From Octopus sinensis (lineage: Eukaryota), in contig NC_043001.1 in the NCBI RefSeq assembly GCF_006345805.1, positions 80,910,001 to 80,974,000 on the forward strand: 64,000 bases of DNA, read 5' to 3'. Below the pieces are notes generated by a model that did not search any database, had not been told where the DNA came from, and was given only the letters and a program-made list of their open reading frames with translations. Shown piece after piece: positions 11,330 through 23,511 of the stretch (position 1 is its first letter; the number at the start of each line of letters is the position of its first letter). The position numbers and the translations under genes are program-made.

Positions 11330-11942
11330 TTTCATTATCATATTTATTTTGAGATGCTCTGTATTTCTTTCAATAACTTTAACTATAACAAAGAATTTAG
11401 TAAAATAACTTAGTTATCATTAAACTAGTGTTAGGAACATAAATTGTGACTACGGTTTGGTGGAAGATTTTAATTCAAAACTTATGAAAACAAGACATAC
11501 TACAGAGCCTGAGGCAGTTTCAGCCAGGCTGGTAAGGAAAGAGTTAACCCTTTTGTTACCACATTTCTGATCACTTTAACCCTTTTGTTACCATATTTTT
11601 GTTGAAATATACTGTCTTGGCTTTGATTAATTTTAAAAATATAAGGAATGTAACAAAATAACTTGTCATTATTTAGCTAGTATTTGGAACATAAATTAAC
11701 ATGAAATTTTAATGGAAGGTTACCATATCTCTGATATACACTGACTTTAGTTCAATTGATTTTGAAAATAAGAAGATTTGATTTTGAAAATAATTTGAAG
11801 AAATTAGATAAATAAACTTGTCGATTTAAAACTGATGTTTGGAACATAAATAATATAAAATTTTGTTGAAACGCTTTAGAATAGGAAGCTTTTATTATAA
11901 AACCAGAAATGGTTCCAAGCAGGTTGATATTAAAAGGGTTAA
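11330..11942. mobile_element. Stack of TTAA-delimited MITEs
   Basis: Reverse copy of the 60942 MITE ends at TTAA 11544-11547. A CCCTTTTGTTACC start follows immediately, then another TTAA|CCCTTTTGTTACC at 11576, ending AAAAGGG|TTAA at 11939-11942. Confidence 0.75.
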
Positions 11943-12203
11943 GTTATGCTTAAAATATTAGTCTTGAACTGTATTAAAAGGATATTTGATGCTGGGATTG
12001 TTACATAATACCTTAGCTAATTAAGATTTCAAATACTCAGTATCATAAAGCAATGTGGGTGTTGATATATATATATGTGTGTATGTATATATATATATAT
12101 ATCTTCATCATAGAAGCAAAAAGCATTTGAATGTTTTCCTGGGAGGTTTGTTGAGACAAATGTATTTATTAATACAGCTTCTCAATATTTGAAAATGTAG
12201 TAT

Positions 12204-12246
<43 letters not shown>

Positions 12247-12248
<2 letters not shown>

Positions 12249-12455
12249 CGGGAAGCTTTATGAAAATAAACAAAAGACGAAGGCAGGTGGAGTACAAACA
12301 AACAATTGTATTAGTATGGCGCTCAGGAATATAAATAAAACAAGTCTTTTACGTTTCGAGCATACGCTCTTCAACAGAAAGATACACAGAAAAGAAACAC
12401 AGAAAGAAACAAGGGGAGAAAAAAAATGCGTGTAGAGGCTAGCGAATCAACATAA
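12247..12455 (-). mobile_element. Penelope-like element terminal fragment (relative of 159-405)
   Basis: Shares AAACAAAAGA.GAAG...GTATTAGT...CGCTCAGGAA...TTTCGAGC.TACGCTCTTC..CAGAAAG with 159-405; adjacent to (TA)n. Confidence 0.5.
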
Positions 12456-12518
12456 TGCACATCTCATATTTGTTCCAATATATTTGTATGTAAACTTCAA
12501 TTTAGACATGCACATGTA

Positions 12519-12555
<37 letters not shown>

Positions 12556-12714
12556 CTGGGAAATGGATGGATAATATAACTTTCTCTGAAGCTTGGTGTT
12601 TAATTTAAAAGACAATGTATTTTCATGGACTAGTGAGATATGCATTTGGTCTAACCCATCTCTGCAAAGGTATCATCAGTACCACTATCTCTTCAAGTAT
12701 GTGCATATCTATCT

Positions 12715-12748
<34 letters not shown>

Positions 12749-13989
12749 TGAAGAGAGAAAAAGAGAGACCTAAAGTTTCTTTCATCTGAAGAACACTGGA
12801 GCTCTGCATTATCACAGTTTAGTAAAGCATTGGAAATGTGTTTCAGTCACTTTGCTCATTTCACTGTCTTTTTCTTGTTACTTGTACCACTGTTGGAATG
12901 GTCTTAGCTCTTCCAATCCTTCTGCCTATCTCATCCTTCCTTTCCAGCCATCCTTTCCTCCATCCATCCATCCATCCATCGTATTCTTTCATCCTTCTAT
13001 CCATCCCTCTACCAGATCTACTATTTTCTCTTTACACCCTTTCTCCTCCACCCCCATCACCATTCTCCTTTTTCTCTCTTTATTATGTTTTTCCTCTCTT
13101 AACCATTCCACCTAGTCTCTCATTCACTCAGGCATCTTTAAAACAATAAAACCCACCACAGAAATACTCTCCTCCCATCACTCTTCTTCCTGGCCACTCT
13201 CTCTCTCTCTCTCTCACTTCACCACTGCACTCACATTCACACACACATGTAGTGATTTGCTCATATACATTTCTCTGCCTTCAACTCTTTCTCCACTTTC
13301 CTGCTTTTTCCAACAACTTTTGCAACTCTTTATATGGATTAAAAGAGATATTATCTTGAACCCGCGCCCACTCTCCCCAAACCAAAAAAGAATTTTAGTC
13401 TGATGATGATAACTTTCTGTCTGTCTATGTGTCTGCAACCCTGTCTGTCTGTCTGTCTATACGTCTGTGAGTCTGTCTGTCTGTGTGTTATGCATGTGAT
13501 GTTGACAAGCCTGGATGTCAGCTGGAAGTTAGCTGTCTGCATGTTAGCCTTGATACATGGTATACATTGCTGTAGTCAGAATGTGTATGCACGTGAGTGT
13601 GTGTTGACAAGATTGTCATGGGTTTGGGTTTGTTGTTCAGGCTTATTTGCTAAAGTTAAACTGTTTAGCATGACATCAGTGTGTACTAAGTGAAGGTTGC
13701 ACCCCTACACTTTTATGCAAATGCACATGTAAATGTACTACGACACTTCAGCAAACACAACTATATATACATAAACAATATTTCCAAACATACATAAAAG
13801 CCACACAACACACATCTGAGAACACCACTGTGCATACATAAAAACAAACCGCACATGAACATTGTCACATATATGTAAATACACAATTACACATATCACA
13901 CATACAATACATTATCAAATAGTCATAAATGCACCACCATACATGCATAAACGCAATACCATACACATTTAAGCATAGCACCTCATGCA

Positions 13990-14560
13990 TAAACACAACA
14001 CCACACATATATGTAAATATATCACTACATACATAAACATGACCCTACACATAAACACATTACTACAAATATGTAAACGCATTACTTCACATATGTAAAC
14101 ACATGACTACACATATGTAAACACATTACTACACATATGTAAACACATTACTACACATATGTAAACACATTACTACACATATGTAAACACATTACTACAC
14201 ATATGTAAACACATTACTACACATATGTATACACATTACAACATATACGTAAACACAGTCCCACACATGTAAACACTGTCCCACACATATGTAAACACTG
14301 TCCCACACATACATAAACATGATCCCACACATACATAAACACAATCCTACACATATACGAACACACAACCCTACACCTATACGAACACAACCCTACACCT
14401 ATACGAACACAACCCTACACCTATACAAACACAACCCTACACCTATACGAACACAAACCTGCACCTATACGAACACAACCCTACACCTATACGAACACAT
14501 CCCTACATATATACAAATACAACCTTACACATGCATAAACACTATCCTACACATGCATAA
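13990..14560. repeat. 22-bp minisatellite with variant blocks
   Basis: AAACACATTACTACACATATGT, then AAACACTGTCCCACACATATGT, then GAACACAACCCTACACCTATAC. Confidence 0.85.
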
Positions 14561-15308
14561 AGACTACTCCACATGTGTGTCAACACATCAACATGCACAC
14601 TGCACTTTCCTGCATACAAATTGATGCAGTATATAGTGTATGTATGTAATGTAAACATTCAACCATCATCACTATCTTTTTAAATCCTGTTGCATTTCAC
14701 ATGGGATTTTTGGCCCTTCAAAGATGTCTTGGTGTATAATTCAACTACCTTTTTTTGGCTGTATAAACTTTGGTCTGAAAACTTGAACTTGTATGCTGGA
14801 AACTATGGTACATAAACACATCACCCTATATACTTAAAACAACACAACACATATGAAACCTAAACATCTTCACGCATACTCAGAACAACACAACTCCACA
14901 CAGACATGTGCATAATGTCAAGAAATGTAAGCTTCTGTAAACCTTCTGATATCCATCAACGATGGCGTATGTCAAAGTAACAATGTGTTATTGGTGCGTT
15001 GCTCCTGATGGCACAGTAGGCAGTAGCGGTGGTGAGGAGATGGTTGTTTATGGATTATTTTGAGATATATTTTAAGTTCTTTGTAGAATTCTTGTTGGTT
15101 ACTAACAAAGGTATGAAGTAATAGTTTTTTTCTTTAGTCAAGTCAGTTTCAGGGATCTCTGAATATATTTGGTGTGTGTGGAAATTGTTGAGTGCAAATA
15201 TACATACATACACATATAGACACACACACACACACACACATATATATATGTGTGTTTATATATACATACACACACACACATACATGTATAGTGATAGGCA
15301 TCAGTATG

Positions 15309-15365
<57 letters not shown>

Positions 15366-15369
<4 letters not shown>

Positions 15370-15498
15370 CAATAATAAATCTCTGAACGAGATATAACAG
15401 TAACCGCTCAACAACGTAAGGTGTACTAGCCATCTGAATGTGGCTAGCCACTGGGGGTGGGGTGTTACTCATGCTTTTAGCCCCAGGCGATCAACGTC

Positions 15499-15550
<52 letters not shown>

Positions 15551-15680
15551 AAGCAATAATAAATCTCTGAACGAGATATAACAGTAACCGCTCAACAACG
15601 TAAGGTGTACTAGCCATCTGAATGTGGCTAGCCACTGGGGGTGGGGTGTTACTCATGCTTTTAGCCCCAGGCGATCAACG

Positions 15681-15737
<57 letters not shown>
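15366..15737. repeat. Exact ~184-bp tandem duplication bounded by (TA)n
   Basis: 15366-15498 and 15550-15682 are identical; each is followed by a (TA)n tract with the same TAA interruption. Confidence 0.9.
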
Positions 15738-15738
<1 letters not shown>

Positions 15739-17454
15739 CAAACAAATGTGTATGTATATGCACACATACGAGGTCCTGGGAAAGTAAAAAGGCAGCTCTC
15801 AACCCAAGTTTTAGCCTACCTACTTATATTGAAATTCTTCAAGTGTAGAAATTTCTGGTTTCATGACAGTAAAAATGTAAATTTTGGTTCAGAATTTTTG
15901 TGGGAACTGGCATTCAAAGGAGAGTGGGTACAGAAACAATTGCAATTGATCATTTTGGCAAAAAATCAGCAATTTTGAAGGAAAGCGTTAGTTAATTGCA
16001 TCAACCCCAGTACTTGACTGATACTCTATTTTATCAACCTCCAAAAGGAGGAAAGGCAAAGTTGACCATGGCAAGATTTGAACCCAAAATGTAACAAGCT
16101 GAAAGAAATGTTGCTGAGCATTTTGTCTGGAACACAGGCAGATGAAACTTCATAAATATCTGTTTATGTGTTCACATGTAAACACGTTTATTATGCATGC
16201 ATGGGCATGGGAAATGTATGAAATTAGATATGCATGATGACAATAATGCATATCCAACTATAAAATTATACATCATATATTGATATACATTTATGTGTAT
16301 ATCACACACACATACACCTCAAAAATATACCATTTATGTTCATATATATAAGCAAAGCCACTGTGGAAGCTTTATTAAATATCTTGCTATCATTTTGTTC
16401 ATTTGTGTGTATGTGTGTGGTATGTGTGTATCCTACACACAAAAATGCATTTACATTCTCAGACATATATATATATATATACATAGATATATATATGAAT
16501 GGATGGTGTAATATATGTACACACATTTGTGCTGTTAATGTCTACTTATATAAAAGGTCAGTATTGTGACCTTTGTTTCACAGACCATAGCTGTCATAGC
16601 AACAAATTACTGTCATTTTTTAGGGGAACATAAACCTTGAGGTTGACAGTGGATCTGTATCTATTTAGACATTAATCTCTAGACCTCATCTGTGACAGTT
16701 TCACCCCAGGCTCTAAGCAATATCATAGGATTCCAATTAAATCAGTCCGACCCCTAAATTTTTTTATTTCTCTTCTTGTCCTCAAATTGCTCACCTCATG
16801 CCACAGAGCATAGTAAAATTTCCTCCTGTATTATTTATTTCATAGTCGTTTCAACTTTGCCTGTCCATGGTTGGGAGGTAAATTATGTATCAGCAATGGT
16901 TGCATTGATAATGGTTCTAGATCCTGCCAACCACATCTTTCCTTTACACATTTGTATTCTTGTGACAATGCAAGCAGACATTCTTGTCCTTTTACTATTC
17001 TGAGTTCAAATTACACTAAGGTCAAATTCATTATTCATATTGTCATAGTTGACAAAATAAAATTTACCTAGTAACACTGCCACTCGTTATTAGACCATTA
17101 TCATAACCACAGAAGATGTCTTCATGTATTACATGGTCCCCAAGCTATCCTGCTATCTAAACTGCAGTTAATGCTCCTAGTTCTCTGTCAGAAGAATTTT
17201 CATCATTTTACAGAATTTTGTTGCAATAATGGAAACATTCCAACTACGGTGCTTCTGTGAGCTGTGCCTTTACAAACAAAGCCTCCACTTTCTCTGCCCA
17301 TTTTACATTCAACTCACTTGTTAAACCTTCTCTAGATTTACCCTCATTTTTTACACTAAAAGACAAAATAATAATATTGATGCAGTTCAACCAACTCTTT
17401 CTTGACTCATATGTAACTGTAAACTTTTATTAGAAATCAATAAAATGATGATAA

Positions 17455-18500
17455 TAACGGTTTCAAATTTTTCCACAACGGCTGTCATTTCAAGGGAGGG
17501 GAATAGTCAGTTACATCCCAGTGTTTCACAGGTACTTAATTTGTCAACCCCAAATGGATGACAAGTATAGTTGACTTCAGTGGAATTTGAACCCAGAATG
17601 TAATGACAGGTGAAATGCCGTTAAGCATTTTGCCTGGCATGCTAATGATTCTGCCAGCTTGCTGCCTTAATAATGATGATGATGGCGGCGGTGGCAGTGA
17701 CGACGACAATGATGATATCCCTGTGGCTGTAGGTGCATTAGGAACTATCCCTAAAGCTTTTGAATAGATTGATAAAGAAAATAAGAATAAAACATAGCGT
17801 AGTGCAGCTCCAGAAAACAAGGGACAGTTAGGATGTTTAAGAAGGTTTTTAGCATCTAAGATTACTTGTTGTACATATATGAAATAATAATAATAACAAT
17901 AAAGTTTCAAATTTTGGCATAAGGTGAGCAGTTTAGGGAAGGTGTTAGTCAAGTACATCTACCCACCTTCCAGTGTTCATCTGGGACTTATTTTATTGAC
18001 CCCAGCAAAGTCAACCTCTGTGGAATTTGAACTCAGAATGGAAAGATGGATGAAATGCTTCTAAGCATATTGTTCACTGTGCAAACAATTCTGTCAGCTC
18101 CCTGCCTTAATCATAATAATCATAGTTATAATAATAATAATAATAATCCTTTCTACTGTAGGCAAAAGCCTGAAATTTTAAGGTACAGGGTTAGTCGATT
18201 ATATTAACCCCAGTGTGTAATTATTATTTCATCATCCCTGGAAGGATGAAAAGCAACGTCAACCATAGTAGAATTTGAACTCAGAACATAAGGACATATG
18301 AAATGCCAGGAAGTGTTTTGCCTGGCATGCTAACATTTCTGCCAGCTTGCCACCTTTTAATAATAATAATCGTTTCTACTAAAGGCACAAGGCCTGAAAT
18401 TTTGGGGGGAGGGGTTAAGTCGATTACATCGATCCCAATGTTTGACTGGTACTCAATTATCGACCCCAAAAGGATGAAAGGCAAAATCAACCTCAGTGGA
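17455..18500 (-). mobile_element. Cluster of 4-5 copies of the same SINE family on the minus strand
   Basis: Reverse complements of the 9213-10380 unit, separated by (ATA)n/(ATG)n. Confidence 0.8.
17717..17885 (+). mobile_element. Second RLE-type (R4/Dong-like) 3' fragment
   Basis: IPVAVGALGTIPKAF...VQLQKT...LGCLRRFLAS (frameshifted), followed by (TAA)n. Confidence 0.65.
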
Positions 18501-19123
18501 AAATAATAATAATAATAATAATAAATATAAGTGCTAATAAAGTACTAAAGTTAATTTAATTAACTATACCATCTCCCCAAATTTTTGGCTGTGTACCTAT
18601 GTTTTGAATAAACCCATGTAGGTGTTTCTACTCTTACCCTGATAATCTTGAGTGCTCTCTCTTGTTTTTCATTGACACTTATAAAATGGTATCCCATGCC
18701 AGTCTGACTTCCTTTCCCAATGTTCTTTACCATTGTGCTCTACACAACAGTGTAGTAGGAGTGACATTTCACAAAAGACTCCATAATAATTCCTCTTGTT
18801 TGCAGTCAAAGTGATTTATTAGATTATTCTGTGAGGAAATCTTTAGCATTCCCACCTGTCAGCCTGTCTGTTTATATGTATGTCTGTGTTTACAGCAATT
18901 CCATGGACATGCATATTATAAACAGAAGGGGAGACCGAGAGAGAAAGAGAGAATCTTTGATTCTTTCTCTTTCTTTCTCTTCATCCCTCTTTCTGTACCC
19001 ATTTATCTTTCTATTTCCATCTATCTGTTTACCAATCTTTACCTGCGTTTATCCAGCTTCCTTCCCCACTTTCTCTCTATCTCCATTTTTCCAAATCTGT
19101 CTGTACTTTTCTTCTACTATTTG

Positions 19124-19171
<48 letters not shown>

Positions 19172-19792
19172 TCCCATCTTTCCAAACCTGTCTCTCTGTC
19201 TCCTCCAACAGCCTGTTTTCTATTCTCTCTCCCTCTGCTTTCTCTCTTTCTCTCTCTCTGATAAACATATCTTGAATTTTCCTTGTTTTCACTCTTAAAA
19301 ATAAGTAAATATATATATATAAATAGATGAATATCTTTGTTGAACTTAAGAAACTGGTATGTGGTGAGAAGGATATGGATTCAAGTGAAAGTTAAGAAAC
19401 TTGGAAACTCTTCTACAGCAACTCTTTCCCCTCTCCTCCCAACCCTAACTCTCTCTTGTGATCTCAATCTTTACCCTTCCCCACCTCTTTATCCATAAGC
19501 ATCTGGGGACACATTGTAGTAATAATAAAAAACAAAAGATACACCATCAGATTAATTTACAACTTTCAGCAATGTTGCACAAAACACAGGGGATTTTCAT
19601 TCTCCAACACAGCACACATTCTAAAATATTTCAGTTTAACCCACCCACCCCGTTCACCATTGGTGGTAGTGTTGGCGACGTTGGTGATGACAGTGTTTAA
19701 ACGGGGTAGTTGGTTAGTGCTGCTGTTGAAATTCTGATTTGATACAGTGAGGTTATATTCATGCCCACTTAAACATAGATGTTGTGTTTGTG

Positions 19793-19960
19793 CAGTGGTT
19801 CTCAACCAAGGTCCAACATGACCCCTGAGGGTGCATATAAGATTTTGGGGGTGTCCACATAACAAAATAGTAAATTGGGAGCCCTTAAAATACAATAGTA
19901 TTTTGAGGGTCCTTGAAGAAATTTTGCTTTGGATATATGTATTGGTATGTATTACAAGAA
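19793..19960 (+). mobile_element. hAT (Charlie/Buster-type) MITE fragment
   Basis: Begins CAGTGGTTCTCAACC, a typical hAT TIR; right TIR not found. Confidence 0.45.
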
Positions 19961-20222
19961 ACATCTAGGTTTCCTTCTCTCACATTTGACATAGTTCAAC
20001 CTTGAAAAGAAGTGACAGAGCCAGTATAAATACCAAGAGGTAATATTTATCCCCACTTAAATATGGATGTTTTATTAGAACACACTATACTGCAGTAAAT
20101 ACCATGAGAGAAACTCTCATATTGGATTTAGGTGCACAATGCACTCTTTATATTTCTTCCACAAGCATGTGTTTAAGTAGAGATAAATATTATCTCTTAG
20201 TATTAATATTGCCTCTGTCATT

Positions 20223-20282
<60 letters not shown>

Positions 20283-20529
20283 ATATTATATATATATATA
20301 TTATATATATATGTATATATATTATCATCATCATCATCATCGTTTAACGTCTGCTTTCCATGCTGGCATGGGTTGGACGATTTGATTGAGGACTGGTGAA
20401 CCAGATGGTTGCACCAGGCTCCAATCTGATCTGGCAGAGTTTCTACAGCTGGATGCCCTTCCTAACGCCAACTACTCCGACCACTGTATTAAACCATATA
20501 TATATATATATGGTTTAATACAGTCTTTG

Positions 20530-20930
20530 GAAGCATGGCTTTGTGGTTAAGAAGTTTACTTCCCAACCATGTGGTTTCAAGCTCAGTCCCATTGTGTGGC
20601 ACTGTGCAAACGTTTTATTCTATAGCTTTGGGTCAACTAAAGCCTCTTGTGTGAATTATTTGGTAGATGGAAATTGAAAGAAGTTTGTTGTTTGTGTTTT
20701 CCTTGTATCTTCTTATTTTTTGACATTATGCCATAGTTATGTTACTGTCATACAAACATTTATGTTCTTCCATGGAAACATGTCCAGCCATAGAGAAATA
20801 TTACCCCACTTCAAAACAGCTGAGTCCTGTGCGACAGACAGGAAGGACATTCGGCTGTAGAAAATGTGCCTCAAGAAATCCCTTGTGATCCATGCCAGCA
20901 TGGAAAAGTGGATGAGTTAAAACTATGATG
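20530..20930 (+). mobile_element. CORE-type SINE with RTE-like tail ending (GAT)n
   Basis: Head/CORE then ...GACAGGAAGGACATTCGGCTGTAGAAAAT...CCATGCCAGCATGGAAAAGTGGA...GATGAT. The same tail occurs at 1-137, 31050-31310, 44640-44830, 45940-46140, 57600-57780 (+) and 20330-20480, 22700-22830, 27610-27830 (-). Confidence 0.65.
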
Positions 20931-21143
20931 ATAACAGTCACACCACTCCCATCACTATTTCTATAGTTATTTAACTAGACATTTTCTTTTCTCCCCACCA
21001 CTCTTCATCCTCTTACTCAGCTCCCCAATTTTCCTCTTCCTCTTCTTCCTTACCACCCCGTACATTTTGCTGCCATTTTTTTTTATATATCCTGTATTGC
21101 ATAGTTGCAAGGTCTTCTAGTCTCTCTCTCTCTCTCTCTCCCC

Positions 21144-21174
<31 letters not shown>

Positions 21175-22143
21175 CACTCTATCTTTCTATCTTCTTTCTC
21201 CCTCCTCTCTCTCACTCTCTTTCTCCCCCCCTCTCCAATCCTTCTATATTTGCTTCTCATCATCCATCAATGAAGGGATGGGGGAGATACAGCTGTTAAA
21301 AGCTCCCAAAATAGATCTCTCCAGGATACAAAAACATTCAGTTTAGCAGAGGGATGGAGGATTCGAATGGAGCAGAGTATGAGAAAAGGGGGTCGATGAA
21401 AGAGAGGGAGAGATAGATGGATAAAGGGGAGTTATAATTTTTTATTTTCAGTTTCTTTTCTTTTTTTCTTGATTTTTATTGTTCACCATTTTATTTATCT
21501 GGGTTTTTTTTTTTCAAGCTAATTCTTGTTTTCACCTTGAATCTCCCCCTCCTTTACCATTTCCCTATTTGTTAACATAATAATTACAAGTGGACTTGGT
21601 CTAACCTGCTAAACCATCCAGGAAATAATCCCATCACTATCCATCATCCTTCACCCTCATCAAGCTTTCATTCTGTTGTACTAGCTGTAGTCATACTAGT
21701 TGTGGTGGTTGTGGTGGTGGTAGTAGTAGTAGTAATAGTATATGTTGTGGTGGTGGTGTTAGTTGTAGTAGTGGTGGTGATTGTAATATTAAACTAATTG
21801 CTAACCTTTATTAAACAAAACCATATGACCTCCACTCAGATACGCAAGCACCACATCATAATTGTCACTATTCATCATTATCATTGCCACCATCACCACC
21901 ACCACCACCACTTTCGTCATCATCACCACCTCCTGCTTCTTTGTCACTGCTACCACACCTGCAACATCATCATCATCATCACCACCTCTATCATCATCGG
22001 CATCATTATCACTGCAACCACCACCGCCATCACCACTGCTATCTCCTCATCATTATCCTTATCATCCTCACAACCATCATCATCATCATCATCATCAGAT
22101 ATTGCTGTAGTATGGCTCTCAGTTGGAATCTATTTAAGAGCAA

Positions 22144-22182
<39 letters not shown>

Positions 22183-23047
22183 GGCATAGAGACTGGTTCT
22201 ATCCCCTCCCACCCACTTCTAACTTTGCATCCTCAAAGAAATATTCTCAAAATGAATAAAATTACTATTATATTAACCATACTAAAAAAAACAAAAAAAC
22301 AATAAAAGGGACTTTGGATAATTCTTCCTCCCAATCTACTGACTTTGTTTCCTCATAACTCTCTTTAAAGTGCATATTTCTCAGTGACATTTTGCAGAAA
22401 TAGGTTTTCAAGATTGCAATTAATCATGAGGAGTTTCAGATTACTTTTCCCAGTCCTCTCTCTGATTTTATTACCTCTAAATTCCTTAACTTAGCATTTT
22501 CCCCTTTTTGTTTCTCTGTGCAGATTTCTATGTTTGCAGCCTCAACATTACATAACCTAAACTCTTGAAAATGAAGGACTTAGTCGAATAAATTGCTTCT
22601 AGTACTTATTCTCTTTTGTCAAACTGCTAAGTTACAAGACCATAAACAAACCAACACCAGTTGTCAGGTGGTGGTAACACATGCACATATATCATCATCA
22701 TTATCATCATTTAATTTTCACCCTCCATGTTGGCATAGGTTGTATGGTTTGATAGGAGCTGGCTAGCCAGAAGACTGTGTCAAGCTCCACTGCTTGCTTC
22801 AGCATGGTCTCTATGGCTGGATGATGCCCTTCCTTACACTTTACAGAGTGTACTGGATACTTTTTATGTGGCACTAGTAAGGTACATATATATATTATTT
22901 CTTTTTTTACATTTTTACTTGTTACAGTTATTGAACCGCAGCCATGCTGGTGTACCACCTTTACCAAGGTGCCATGCAGTAGGAGTAAACTTGAAACCAT
23001 GTGGTTAGGAAGCAAACTTCTTACCACACAGCTACACACAGACATGA

Positions 23048-23406
23048 GAAGGTAATCTTTATCTCTGGCGATAAAAATTACCTTCACGTATTCCTACTGC
23101 TTCTATCGGACTCTCCTGTTGTCAGATGACGTATGAGGGTTCGACAATTTCTAACCCAAACAACCACACAGATGATTTCTTTTATCATGATCAAATGTTT
23201 GTGTAGACATAAGCTCATTCTCTCCATCAAATCAACATTACCTGTACAGGTGCAACTGGGTGCCACATGTCCAGATGTCGAAATGATCGCAAAGCAATGT
23301 GAAATGAAGTGCTTTGCTGTAGAACACAACGCAATGCCCGATCTAGAAAGTGAACCCATGATCTTGCAATCATGGGTGCAACACTCTAACCACTAAGCCA
23401 TGCACC
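23048..23406 (-). mobile_element. tRNA-derived SINE with terminal hairpin
   Basis: Minus-strand head GGTGCATGGCTTAGTGGTTAGAG..., CORE-like AGCAAAGCACTTCATTTCAC, and a 16-bp stem at 23048-23085. Confidence 0.65.
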
Positions 23407-23451
23407 TACCACACACACACACCTATATATATATATATATTATATATATAT

Positions 23452-23511
<60 letters not shown>

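Noticed and set aside
10688-11413. Overlapping 120-208-aa ORFs rich in His/Thr/Ile/Met/Asp
   Set aside because: Cryptic trinucleotide repeat open in most frames on both strands; no splice signals or domain. The same applies to 21798-22259, 28467-28841, 33311-33962, 50142-50528, 55173-56065 and 61968-62538.
18620-18760. Minus-strand frame TMVKNIGKGSQTGMGYHFISVNEKQERALKIIR with a GTAAGA donor-like site
   Set aside because: No convincing acceptor or family match; at best a very old LINE remnant.
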